Assembly (NCBI GenBank): GCA_965112735.1
Contig: OZ218964.1
Location: forward strand, 62,001-126,000
DNA: 64,000 bases
DNA from: Phaeosaccion multiseriatum
Taxonomy: Eukaryota; Protista; Ochrophyta, other classes
Reading direction: 5' to 3'
The first letter of the stretch is position 1; every line of letters starts with the position of its first letter. A program made the position numbers and the translations under genes. The notes under the pieces are model-generated. The model was given only the letters and a program-made list of their open reading frames with translations. It did not search any database and was not told where the DNA came from. Of this stretch, positions 36,898-48,811 are shown piece by piece.

Positions 36898-39800
36898 ATG
36901 GAACAGAGGCAGCAGGCTCAGCTTGGCCCCTCCTCTGCTGAGCGCCCTTCGGAGCTGGAGAGGCTCCGAGCCAAGGTCAAGGCGCAGGCCGAGGAGCTCG
37001 CCGAGCTGTGGGAAGAGAAGCAGGCCGAAGCTGCATACGTCTCGCTCTGTGAGACAAGGCTGTTGGAGCTATGCCCCTCTCACCCATTGCCTGTCACCTC
37101 CCAACACCTCGGTCACGGCTTTTCCTTTCGAAGAGGAGAGGGCAATGATGCAGCAGCTACTACGGTGGAGAGGGGGAAGGCGAAAGCCCCTCGAGCTGAA
37201 CAGGCAGCACCCACAGAGGGTGGAAAGCCAGGAGCAGCAGGAGGACGACAGAGAGGATCAGCAGGATCAGCAGCGCCACCACCGCCCGCCCCCTTTCCGC
37301 GCCCATCTCACCCGAAAGGTGTCACCAGTGGGCAGCGGTCAAAGGACCTGGCAAAAGCGTACGCTGCGGCCCAGGTAAGCAGAAGAAGAGCAGCACTTTC
37401 ACCAAAGTGTTGCGCGACTCACCCCCCCCAAACCTCCACACGCGGGACTCCTTCATGCGTACAATGTACTCGTACCAGCACGCCTCTCCTGGAATTGACG
37501 ATACGTCCCCGCATCTCCCATTGGCCTAAGAAAGGAAGGCCGCCACCTGCCCATTCCTTACTTACCCTTTGGATCACTTGCACGCTCCACACCACCACAG
37601 ATCAAGCTGCGAGATGCAGCCAAACACGTCCGCTTCTTGACGACAAGCTTGGAGGGGAAGGACAAGGAGTCTCGCTCCATGGAGAGGAGGGCACAAACCC
37701 TAGCGGCGGAGTTACAGGACCTCCGCAAGCACCACAGGAGCTGCGCGCTAACGGCGGCGGCCGGGAGGAGGGGGGGGCGGGAGGGAAGTGGGAAGCGCAG
37801 ACGCCCAATCTCCGAAGGGGCAAAAGCGGCGACCCTGGCGGCTGTTCCAGGAGAAGGAGAAGGGGTAGCGGAAGACACCGTCGGAGGAGGGAGCGAGGGA
37901 GGGGGGAGGGAGTACGCGCAGCTCAAATGGACCATGGAGGCCCTGAAGGACGAGTTGTTGGCGGAGCAGGTGAGACCAAGTCGTGCGTTATCAGACGCAG
38001 GCGGGCAGGCGTATGGGCAGGAAGGCAGGAGGGCAGGAGGGACCAGGGGGTCCATAGACGGGAAAGTGCATGGGAGGATAGCGGACTGTATGTGTTTAGT
38101 GTTACATTGGGAAAAAGGAGAGCTCCTACTTGTGTGTGTGGATCTTCTGTGGCTCTCGAGGCAAAGAAAGAGTCAGGAAGGGTGGCGGGCTGCATGTGTA
38201 TACTATACCCTCCTACTCCCCGCCGACCCTTCCGTCCCCACCTTGCTTGCCTTGTTGACGCTACCAACTACCAACCTATCCACCTATACCGACCTACCGT
38301 CGAACAGGCTACACGGGCGGAGATGGAAGAGAAGGCCAACGCGGCGGAGGCTGCCCTCGAGATTGACCTTCACGACCTCGGACTGGAGGGCAGCGCAGGA
38401 GTCATGACAGAGCTTTCGCATGCCCGGAGGCAGGTGGACGAGCTGAGGGCAGACCTGGAGCGGAGGAGGAGGCTGCAACTGAGGTTGGAGGAGGAGCTTT
38501 CTCTAATGAGGGGAGCAGTGGAGAACCTTAAGAGGAGGTGCGACGAGGGAGCTATGGACCGAGCCGAGCGGAAGAGGTGAGAAGAGGGAGAGGAGAGAGA
38601 GAGAGAGAGAGAGAGAGGGGAAGGACCGGACCGGTTGGGCTGGGTGGGTGGGTAGATGGGCAGATGGCAGTGGATCCTCACTGGCATGACGGCAAGAGAA
38701 GCGGCAATAGTAGAGGAAGAAGTCGCACCGGGGCCATCTTTCGCATGCGAGAGAGGGGTTTGCGTTCATGCTTCCTTTGTCGTTATTCTTGTCTTTCTGT
38801 CTGCAGTGCTGCTGTTCCCTCTGGCCAAAGTAAGTATGTGGGTATGTTTGAGTGTTTATCCTGTCTTTCTTTGACGCCTTGTTTGTGTGCCTTGTGCCTT
38901 TTGCCTCTTGCTGTGCTTTCTTTGGCGTCGATTGATTGATTAATGGGTGTGATGGTGACACACACGCGCCCACACGCAGCGAGAATTCCTCGACGGGGCA
39001 CATGCACCACAAGCTCAAGCGGATGGCGGACAAGGTTTCCGAGCTTGAGGAGGAGAAGGAGGCGCTGCTGGACCATGTTAGAGATCTCATGGACAGGGGC
39101 GCGGCAGCGGAGGGGGAGGAGCAGCAGTTGGTGATACGGGGGCAGCCGCAGCAGCAGCAGCAGCAGCAGAAGCTGAAACAGAAGGAGCCTATGCAGCACA
39201 AGCAAAAGCAGCAGCAGCTGGGGGGAGAGGGTGAGGAGCAGAAAGGCTCCTCGGCGTCTGCTTCGTCAACGGAAGACGAGGGAGAACTAGGAGGGGAGAG
39301 GGGGAGGAGGAGTCGCGAGGGAAGGAGGCGGGAAGAGAGCGAGGAGCAGGAAGGCTCCTTGGAGTTTGCTTCATTAGCGGAAGACGAGAGAGGAGGGGAG
39401 GAGAGGAGAAGGAGCCGCGAGGGAGGGAGGAGAAGAAGGCGGGAAGAGGGCGAGAAAGATCTGCTGAGAAACGACGACAGAGAAGAGAGGCTGGAGGCTC
39501 TGGAGACAGGGCGCCGTAGGCTGGAAGAGGAGAAGGAGCAGCGGCAGAAGGAAGCAGCGGAGGCCAGGAGCGCGTTGCGCCGAGAGCAGGAGGAGCGAGA
39601 GAAAGAGATGAGAGAGATGGACAGGATGCATCGGGAGCTTCTCACACGGCTCCAGCAAGGTGAGGGAGGGGCGCATGGGCGCATGATGACGGTGTGGACA
39701 TGTGTTTTCGTTGGTGTCAGGACGGTGTGGGAAATGTCTTCATTGGTATGAGGGAGGGGAAATCGGGGGGCATGGCTCTATCTACCGCTTTCCTTCCTAC

Positions 39801-40991
39801 TCTAACCACTACGGTACTGTTCTGTACTGCGCCATTTGATACAATGTAACACTGGTGACGACTGTCCGCCCAGCGGGCCTGGATGAGAAGAGGGCCGCGG
39901 AGGGGCTTACCCGAGCAGAAGGTGAGAGAGAGCGAGAGAGAGAGAGAGAGGGAGGGAGGGAGGGAGAGACAGAGCGGCTCAAGCTTCCACGGGGATGCGG
40001 AGCGGAGAGCGTGTCACGGGTGCCTCCCTCCCGCCTGTGCTGGCGGAGGGGAGCAGGGGAGGAGGGGCGGGGCTGCTTGGCTTGTCGAAGAGAGGGGCCT
40101 GAGTAGAGGGGGGAGCTAAGCGATATGCGATACGGATACCGAGTGCCTGCACAGGAGGGTTGGGGTGAAAAAGGGACACTTGTGGAGGGAAGAAGAGGGG
40201 GAGAGGGACAAGGGGCGGTGTAGTGGGAGAGCTTCATGCCTCTTGGCCCGAACAAGGCTCACTCACTCCACTTTCTGCTGCTTCTCCTCCTTTCGGCGTA
40301 ATGGGATCATGGCGCGTATTTTCCCCGCCGTATCGTGCTCCGTGCTCTGCCCCATCGTATCTATCCATGTATGTATATCTCCCTGTCTATCTGTCTATGT
40401 ATCTCTCCATCTATGCATGTATCTATGAATTCTATCCATCTACCTATCTACCAATCTATCCGACTATGGTACTGCGATGAGGCAGCGGGTATCCAAGAGC
40501 TCAAGGCGCAACTTGCGGCGGAGACGAGTCGAGGAGCACTGTTGGAGGACGCAATCGATCAGATGACGGAGGTGGTGCTCGGAGGAGAGGAGGAAGAAGA
40601 AGGACAACAACAACAGCAGGAGGCACAGGAACAAGAGGATGGGGAGGGAGTAGTAGGAGGAAGAGCTAGCGGCGAAGGAGGACAGGAGCCGCAGCAGGGC
40701 GGGGCGTCGCCAGCGGAAGTACCGCTCCTGAAGGAGAGGGTGAGAGTGCCCCTCCTACAGGGGAGAGTGCTGCGGCTCCAGCGGAAGGTGAGGACTCACC
40801 GACCGACCGACCGACCGACCGACCGACATTGCGAATGGCTGGATGGACAGTACTGCTCTGTTGGCTCCTTTGACATGACGCTCGGGAGGGGCTCTCACAT
40901 CCTTGACTGCTTACCCTTGCCCACTTGCTTGCCGCGTTCGCCTTTCGAGTCCTGACTTGCCTCTGAGCGGGGCGATCTCCACTCTCCCCCA

Positions 40992-41040
<49 letters not shown>

Positions 41041-41930
41041 AACTCACTTCCCACACGCCTCCGTCCTGTTGCAAAGGTGGTGGCACTGGCAGGAGGGCAA
41101 GAGATATCCACACTGCAAGACAAACTCCGGGAAGCGGTGCGTGTGTATGTATCCTCCTCTCCGCCTCTAGGCTACTCTCTGTTTCTAGGTGGAGTGGGAG
41201 GTGTCGTATTGGAGGGAGGCGGAGGGGGCGCTTGCGGGAGGGGGGGTTGGTGGGTTGTGGGCGGACACTTCTGTGAATATGTCCTGCAAGACGTGAGAGT
41301 ATCAGAGTACTAGAGAGAGAGAGAAGTACACACAGTAGTTGGTTGGAGTTGTTGAGTTGAGTTGACTTGTGCGTGTGCCTGCAAGGCTAAGGAGGCTACT
41401 CTCCGTCTTGGAATCTCCTCCTCCTCCTCATCGTCATCGTCATCACGATCATCATCATCGTCTTCTCTACCTTTCCTTCATTCATCCATCCAGGAGGCCG
41501 TGGTGGCTCAGCAGCGGCACCACATCAGCCGGACCGATGTTCTCGCCTCTTCCCTGCAAGAATCGGTGAGCTCGTACGAAACAAAGGTGCATGAGCTCAC
41601 TCAGGAGGGGAGGGACCTCTCTCTCGAGGCGCAGCAGAGCAAGGCGGAGCTCCTGTCGGCGCTCACGGCCGTGGCTCGAGATGTGGCAGGTGGGTGGGTG
41701 GATGGGTGGGGTGTGGGCGAGTGTATGTATAGGCGGGTGGGTGTGTCAGGGCGAGGGTGGGCGGCAAAGGTACCTTCCTAGGATCGGCGTGCTGCGATGC
41801 GGGAATACGTGGGTTTGTTGTATTATCGGCTGTCTCTGTGCAGCCTTCTAATCTGGCTTCCCAGCGCGCGCTTTATTCCAACGCATACTCCCTCCCCTGC
41901 TTTGTTGTCGACCGGCCTGCGTATTTTTCC

Positions 41931-41986
<56 letters not shown>

Positions 41987-43296
41987 GCGCCTGCCTTCCG
42001 TGTTGCGGTGCGCAGCTCTTGGAGACGGACTGGACTTCATCATCCAGCCCCCAAGCATGGACTTCTCGTGCTCGCTCAAGACTGTGGCGTCTGCAACCGC
42101 GGACACTGTGCGGTGAGTGAGCAGCCGGGAGGAGCAAGGGCGGTGCAGGCTTTGGGATACATGCATAGTGTGGAATGGAATGGAAACCAAAAGGGGGAAA
42201 GAGAATACCGTGAGCCTTCCTTCAACTTTGCTCTTCTGACCTCTTGCGGGAGGAAGAGGGAGAGAGACGGACGGACAGACTTACAGACAAAGGGAGACAA
42301 ACACAGATAGACAGACAGACAGAGAGAGAGAGAGCGCTTCCAGTGGGAGTGCTTGAATAGGTGAATCAACATTCTCATTTTGTGGCAGCGTTTTTATGAA
42401 GCTTATCCCGTCTTCGTCTCCGTTTTTTCCTCTTCTCCCCCTCCCCCCTTCTCCTGCGCTGCCTCCTCCCTCCTCCTCCCTAAAGCGTGCTGACCGAAAA
42501 GGCCGTTGCGCTTTGGAAAGGCGTGGCTGTGGCCGAGCAGGCGGTGCGAGCTGTGGAGGACTACCGACACATGGTCGGGGAAGCGGGGTTGACGGAGGCG
42601 GGGGCTGGGCAGGAAGGCAGAGGAGGAGGAGGAGGAGGAGGAGGAGGAGGAGGAGGAGGAGGAGGAGGAGGAGGAGGAGAAGGAGGAGGAGGAGGAGAAG
42701 GAGGAGGAGGAGGAGGAGGAGGAGGAGGAGGAGGAGGAGGAGGAGGAGGAGGAGGAGGAGGGGGAGGAGGGGCAAGAGGCTCGAGTTGCCGAGACGGCCT
42801 CAACTACAGGCACAGCAGTCATGGGGGCGGCGGTGGGGCCACGGGCCGGGTTGTACATGTGCATCGCACGGGTTCGTTCGACTTGAGCACCGTCATGAGT
42901 CAGAGTCAGAGGCCGTGTCAGGGGGGGTGTGCCTGGCATAGCGAGGGGCACCGGCAGAGGCGTGGGCAGGGGCAGGCATATGGGCAGGGGCACGGGTGGT
43001 GCTGCGAGTGTCTGGGGGGAGGAAGGGGCTGCGAGCTGGAGAGGAGAGAGCACATCAGAAGGGGAGGAGGATTGGGAGGGGGGGGAGGGGGGGGGCATGT
43101 GCTCACAGAGTGCGTCGTCCACAGGTTGCAGAGCAAGCTAAAGCAGACTCTGGGGCCCGGGGGGGGCGGGGCTGAGAGAGGCTCCAGACAGGAGTGTCAC
43201 TCTCGCTACTTGGCGAGTCACTCTGGAAGGGCGCTCAAGGGCAGGTTGAGAAGGGCACAGGAGGAGCTGGCAGCCCTCAGAGTGGGCAACGTGTAG
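36844..43296 (+). CDS. Multi-exon coiled-coil protein of unknown function
   Basis: Coiled-coil exons (ELERLRAKVKAQAEEL..YVSLCETRLLELCPSHPLPVT; KLKRMADKVSELEEEK; LKGRLRRAQEELAALR) joined by GT-AG introns. Stop TAG at 43294-43296. Confidence 0.7.
42621..42771 (+). repeat. (GGA)n tract in last exon, read as polyglycine
   Basis: The phase of the upstream exon (..GTG CG|gt..ag|C GTG CTG) fixes the frame of ORF 42487-43296, in which the repeat encodes a Gly run of about 50 codons with two Glu interruptions. Confidence 0.8.
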
Positions 43297-43646
43297 ATAA
43301 GAGAGAGAGATTGAGTTTATAAGTATATCCAATGGCGTTGGCGTTATTTATTTGTTGAAGAATGAAGTTCCATCTAAGTCTTGTCCCCCCCCTTCTCGGG
43401 CGGTTTAAATATAGTGCGGGACGGCTTCTCTCCACCCCGTCTAGTCCTTGGAAAGACATTTTTGCTTTGTGCTTCACCTTCTCTCTCCCTCTCTTGTTCG
43501 ACACCCCCCTCTGTGCTTCCTTTTTTCTCCCCTGCAGGATCTCTCCCGTCTTAATATACACTGTCACGTAATACACATACCCCACCGCCTCCTCCTCCCT
43601 CCTCCCTAGCCCTGATTACTCTAGTGGGTGCCGGCGTCACCAAGCG

Positions 43647-44996
43647 TCACCGCTGCTGACACCGCTGCTGCTGCTGCTGCTGCTGCTGCTTCATTTGGTA
43701 GTACTCCCTGGCCGCGTCCATCCCAAAGGATTGGAGCTCTTTCGGTGTCCACCACACGTGCGCTGCCGCTCCGCCCGGGTACCTCTCGCCAAAGGCAGGT
43801 AAGAAGCACACGTCGTCGGTCTGTCGGAAGGTGACCCTCCTCCTCCGTTGCCTCCTCCTGCTGCCCCCTCGCTCCTCGTCGGTCTCGTCGGAGGTGAAGA
43901 AGGGCGAGCCAAACGTGGTCGGAGCGGTGCCGTCGCTGAACGGGCTCTTGCAAGGGGTGTGCGGCGAATTGTTCTGCTGCTGCTGCTGCTGCTTCGAAGG
44001 GCTGCTGCTGCCGTTGCCGCTGCGGGCAATGGTGACGAGCTGCTCTTGGTCCCTGGCGAAGGAGTCTGATGCGCCCCTGCCCCACGCGTCCGACCGGTCG
44101 CACAGGGCCTCCTCCTGCCACCTCAGCCAACGGGCCTCCTCTTCTCGCTGCTGCCAGAGGTCACCTTCTTCCTCGTCGTCCTCGTCCTCCGTGGTGCTAT
44201 CATCGTCGTCAAGTCTGCTGTCGCCGTCACTGCCCTCTGCCCACCCTTCGTCGTGGGTCCCCTCCGCCATCTCCTCCTCCTCCTCCTCCTCCTCCTCCTC
44301 CTCCTCCTCCCCGTCCTCCTCCTCCTGCTTCTCTTGCGCCTCCTCCTCCTCATCGCTGCCGCGGCACGTGCTTATCGGCGCGACCCTACCACCAGCGCGG
44401 CAGTGCTTGTCGCCCTCCTTCCCCGCCGCAGCGGCCCTCTGCGTCTTTCGCCGTCGGCGCCTCCTCTTTGCAATCTTCTCCCCCTCGGCTTCATCGTAGG
44501 TGCAGTCGTCGTCATCATCATCATGCAATGCGCTGCGGAGCAGCGTGACCCTGCGCTGAACGAGGAGCAACCTACCGCCATCGACGCTACCACTGCTGCT
44601 GCTGCTGCTGCTGCTGCTGCCACTGCTGGTGTCGAGAGAGTCAAGGTAGTCATCACCTTCTCGTCTGAACAGGGGTAAGAACTCCGGTGGGAAGTCGTCC
44701 TCGCTCTCGCTCGCGCTGTCCATGATCTCGTAAATGCTGGCCCTCCTCTCCAGCCACTCGTCACGCTCTCTGCTCGCCGATTCATCGAACTCCTCCTCCT
44801 CTTGCTCATCGTCTCCCTCGCTCTCTTCGCTGACCCATGTCTCCCGCTCCCCTGCTGGCCTCTGCTCCTGCGGCTTATCTAACGGAAGCTGGAGCAGCGG
44901 GGGTCGCCGCCTTCTGTCCGATCCCCCCCCGATCCGTCCCCGCCCAATGTGCTGCAGAGAGAGGCGGGGAGCCATGAAAGAGGTGGATCGACCCAT
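43647..44996 (-). CDS. Intronless acidic low-complexity protein (449 aa) with C-terminal RVxF motif
   Basis: Single ORF with D/E/S/Q runs ending in RRRRVTFRQTDDVCFL..VWWTPKELQSF. Confidence 0.7.
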   Translation of the reverse strand: MGRSTSFMAPRLSLQHIGRGRIGGGSDRRRRPPLLQLPLDKPQEQRPAGERETWVSEESEGDDEQEEEEFDESASRERDEWLERRASIYEIMDSASESEDDFPPEFLPLFRREGDDYLDSLDTSSGSSSSSSSSSGSVDGGRLLLVQRRVTLLRSALHDDDDDDCTYDEAEGEKIAKRRRRRRKTQRAAAAGKEGDKHCRAGGRVAPISTCRGSDEEEEAQEKQEEEDGEEEEEEEEEEEEEMAEGTHDEGWAEGSDGDSRLDDDDSTTEDEDDEEEGDLWQQREEEARWLRWQEEALCDRSDAWGRGASDSFARDQEQLVTIARSGNGSSSPSKQQQQQQNNSPHTPCKSPFSDGTAPTTFGSPFFTSDETDEERGGSRRRQRRRRVTFRQTDDVCFLPAFGERYPGGAAAHVWWTPKELQSFGMDAAREYYQMKQQQQQQQQRCQQR

Positions 44997-45662
44997 GCGG
45001 GCAGTACAGGAGCCTTGGCTCCTTCTCTCTGCCGCGCCTCGTGTCTTTCACCCCAACAATCACGTTCTAGCTGGCCGTCTCTCCAAAGCTCGTTCTTACT
45101 CCCCCAACGTTGCTGCTCTGGTATGGTGCCCCTTGGCAATGCCGCTGCGTCCGCCGTGTTGTTGCAGGGAGGTCTCTTCACTCTATCGTCTGTTCTCACC
45201 AGTAGGTAGGTATGTGGGTGGGCTTCTTGCTGGAGTGCACTAGAGGCGTTGGAGAGATGCGTGCCGAGCAGCCTGTCCTTCCTAATGAGATATGAGCAAC
45301 TCTCACTCGTTCGGCGTTCTTCCGATTTTTCCTTGCCCAACTCTGCTTGTGGGGTGGCCTGTCTCTTCCTTGGATGCAGAGCGCACTCGACGCCGTAGAG
45401 ATGGGCGACACAGGGCGGCGCAAAGTCTTGCTCTTGGATCTGTGTATGTGTATCTCCCCGCTCCGCTCCACTTGAACAAGCTCGTTTTTGTTTTGTCGTG
45501 ATGATGAAAATGAAATTATACCCCCACCCAACCCCCAACGCCCAACCCCCTTTGAGTTGTATTCGAGCCCGAAACAAATTCGCGCTGCTCGTTCATGGAA
45601 AGGTCGAATGCATAAGGAAGGAATGAGAGAACAGAGTATAATAATAACAAGGAGGGCGAACG

Positions 45663-45893
45663 AAGGGCTGTTAACAAGTAAACGAAACTTTAACTTTTAC
45701 TTTACGGAATTGGGGCAGAGGGGAGGTGGGGAGGCGTCAGGGGGAGTGGCTCAGTGGCTTTGCTTCTTCGACGTGGCGGGGTGGTGTTGTTTCGAGTTGT
45801 TCAAGGGCTGTTAAAAAGTAAACGAAACGTTGCTTAGGGCAGAGGGGAGCTTAGGATGCGCAAGGGGGAGTGGCTTTACTTCGACGTTGCGTT
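45663..45893. repeat. Degenerate tandem duplication (period about 140 bp) upstream of the RVxF gene
   Basis: aagggctgttaa(c/a)aagtaaacgaaac at 45663-45688 and 45803-45828, each followed by gggcagagggga and ggggagtggct..cttcgacgt. Confidence 0.8.
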
Positions 45894-46458
45894 CGTTGGC
45901 CCCCTCGTTAAGGAATGAGAACGGCGAGCGAAGAGAAGGGTGAAGATGAAGAGGAGGGGGGCGGGAGATGGAGAGGGGGCAGTTGGCTGGGGTTGCCTTG
46001 GGGAGAGGCAGGGGGGTGCCGTTCGCTTGCGCCCACGTTGCGGATACTGAGGCGTCCAGGGGGGTGGTGTGTTGCTAGAGCAGGGTAGTTGCTTGGGGAA
46101 GAGGGAACGTCGGCCGGGAGTTCAGGCAGCTGCAGCCAGCTGCTGCCTTTGGTGGACGGTTGCTTGCGAAATGCGATTGATATACAGCTTTTATTACATA
46201 CAGATTTGCAAGGATTAGTGATGGAATGATGCTCCAAGTCAAAGCGGCAGGCTGTTGTGATAGATATCGACGACATTTGTGACCGAGCACTATATCGACG
46301 TACAATAGCGCAGCGAGGTCAATATCGATGTACATGATGTATGGCCACGGCCATCATTTCCTTGGACGCATCTCTCAAAAGGTATAAACAATACAAGACT
46401 GTCCCTGTGAAGGGGGAGGAGAGAAAAAGAAAGGCACCCCCTCCCCCCGCCTCCTTGC

Positions 46459-47563
46459 TCACTTTGGGCCATTCGCAGCCCACTCGTCAACGACCTGTAA
46501 GACTGCGCTGTACGCTCGTTGTACGCTTTCACACAGCGGTACACAGTCTTCTGGCGGCACCCCGTCCTGCAGCAGCAGCAAGAGGGAGAGGGGGAGGGAA
46601 GGGAGGTGTGGGCAGGGGTGGTGGGGGAGGAGGGGAGGGGAAGGAAGAATGGGGAGAGAAGGACGAAGAGGGAGAGGAGGAGGAGGAGGAGGACGAGGTG
46701 GTGGGGGGGGGTGGGGGGGAGGAGAGGAGGAGAGCAGATTGTGGTGGAGGAGAGAGGAGAGGAGGAGGAGGAGGAGGAGGAGGAGGAGGAGGAGGAAGAA
46801 GGTAATAGACAGGGAGGAATAGGAGGACGAGGAGAAGGAGCAGCGGCAGCAGCGACATTAGTCGGACAGAGCGAGCGATGGAAGGGAAGACGGAGCAGAT
46901 CATGAACGTGAAGATGCACGAGCCCCCACCCATCAACCCCCTCCGTAGCTCAGCCTTGCAATGCACCCGGGTCCGGGTCAGACAGACTACAAAAAGCAAG
47001 ACACTCAGCCAGTGGAAGGAGGCCGGCCCAAGCAAGACTCGTCCCCCCGTCAGCCTCCTTCAAACTTCTGTCTCGCTTGTGGTGCGTCCTTACCTTGGCG
47101 GCCCTCTCCAGCTGCTTGGAAACGTGGAACAGTGGGTCGCAGCAGAAGCTCAGTGCCTGCCCCTTGAGCGTGTGCGCTGCGATGACGAGCTGCAGAGCCC
47201 CCTCTGGACTCGTGTCTAGTCTGTACTGTGTCATGCCTTGGTGCATTTGAACCACTGTCCGGCTGCTCATCTCCCGAAACTTGCTTGGGTAGATGGCGTG
47301 GAGGCTCTGCAAGAGGGAGCGAGTGGAGAGGGGCGGCCGCGTCTCTCTGAGCAAAATTTCCTCAAGCAAGAGCGGGGCAACAACAAGACGCACCGCACCT
47401 TTGGAATCATTCTCTCAAACCGCTCTCGATCTATGGGGTCCGAGCACTGCCGCTCCTCCCTGCTGCTGCTGCTACTACTATTACTACTGCTCCTGCTTCT
47501 GGCACTCATTCCTCTGCTGGTGTTGTTGGTCGCGCCCCCTGCCTCGTTTTCTCTCTTGTCCAT
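46459..47563 (-). CDS. Histidine-containing phosphotransfer (HPt) protein, Ypd1/AHP-like, 3 exons (about 161 aa)
   Basis: Exons 47399-47563, 47094-47306 and 46459-46566, all phase 0 and GT-AG, give ..DPIDRERFERMIPK|SLHAIYPSKFREM..LVIAAHTLKGQALSFCCDPLFHVSKQLERAAK|DGVPPEDCVPLCESVQRAYSAVLQVVDEW..*. This matches the HPt signature AHxLKG..L..LE. The start codon is inferred. Confidence 0.85.
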
Positions 47564-48206
47564 CCTCCTGCGTTCTTGCACGCAGTAGGCCTAGCATCTG
47601 CGACTGCGCCCACTCCAGCGTTACCTTACTTAACAGAAGGGAGTCCTCTTCGTATAAAAGGAGGAAGAAGGGATAGAATGAAAAGAAGGAATGCGGAAAA
47701 TAGAGGCATATAGGGACCCATGTCAAGTCTGGCGCGTCCGTGTCACGGTCTGTGCAGAGGGAAGGATCGAGAAGGAGATGGCAGGCATGGACACCTCTTC
47801 CGTACACATCAATGGCTGAAACCATTCGTCCGGTGGTGAGAAGAATGACTTCGCCAGACTGTTGGTGCCTTTCCTCTCCACCACGAGTGCAGCAAGCGAA
47901 AGGCAAGACGAAGACGACACTCACAGTGTCAAAGTAGATCAGGCAAGACGAAGGCTAAAGTCACAGTAAACAGCGACGGTTCATGACGCTACAGTAAGCT
48001 AGACGTGGCGACTCGAGTCAAGTGCATGTAGCAATCATTCTTTGGGGGGGGGGGGGCACATGCTCGAATATGCGTACAGTGCGTGGGTAGGCGTGACGGC
48101 TAGCGACGGGTCAGAGCCAAAGAGCTAGTGAGCCACTTGTAGTGAGTTCATACAGTGGAACAACGCCTCTCCTCAAGCTCCTCTCCTGGGAGAAGAAACA
48201 AGAAAG

Positions 48207-48230
48207 AAAAAAAAAATGAAAAAAAAAAAA
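48207..48230 (-). terminator. Pol III oligo-dT terminator of the tRNA gene
   Basis: Two long T runs on the minus strand (A runs on +) starting about 10 nt after the discriminator. Confidence 0.75.
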
Positions 48231-48239
48231 CAAGAATGG

Positions 48240-48310
48240 CGACGAAGCCCAGAATCGAACTGAGTATGTCTGCGCCACAAGCAGAAGTAATACCGTTTTA
48301 CTACTTCATC
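48240..48310 (-). tRNA. tRNA-His (anticodon GTG)
   Basis: The reverse complement folds as a complete cloverleaf: acceptor GATGAAG/CTTCGTC, D arm GTAA-AACGGTA-TTAC, anticodon arm TCTGC-TTGTGGC-GCAGA, T arm CTCAG-TTCGATT-CTGGG. An oligo-T tract follows. Confidence 0.88.
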
Positions 48311-48811
48311 TTTGATCCATTCATAAACGCGGCCTAGAAAATACGGTATCTGAACAGCACCTGGAAATCTTGGCTGTGGAGAAGCTTTCATAAACCAGCC
48401 CTTTCCTTCACAAAATTGCGTCGCGGGCAAGGCGAGAGGGTGTGGTGGTGGTAGGGGGGAGTGGCGGGGTGTGATCAGCAGGGTGGAAGCAAATGTTCAG
48501 TGATTAAGGCAGCAATTCGTCAAACACACCAGCCAGTGGGCGCACAGCGGAACAACGCAACGTTCTACTAAAGGAGCTCCCGGTCCTCGCCCGATCAGGG
48601 ACCCCGGGGGGGGGGGGGGTGCTCTGAGTTCAAGCTCTAAGAAACCCCTTCCTCTTCTTATTACACCATTCACTACTGAATTATTGCTCCGGGGTTAGTG
48701 GTTATGGTCGGAGTTGGTGAGGAGAGCCTGCCTCAGGAGGATGAGGAAAAGGGAGAAGACCATCCAGCCATGAGGAGGAGACGGCACCACCCCCTAGCTA
48801 TACGTACGTCC

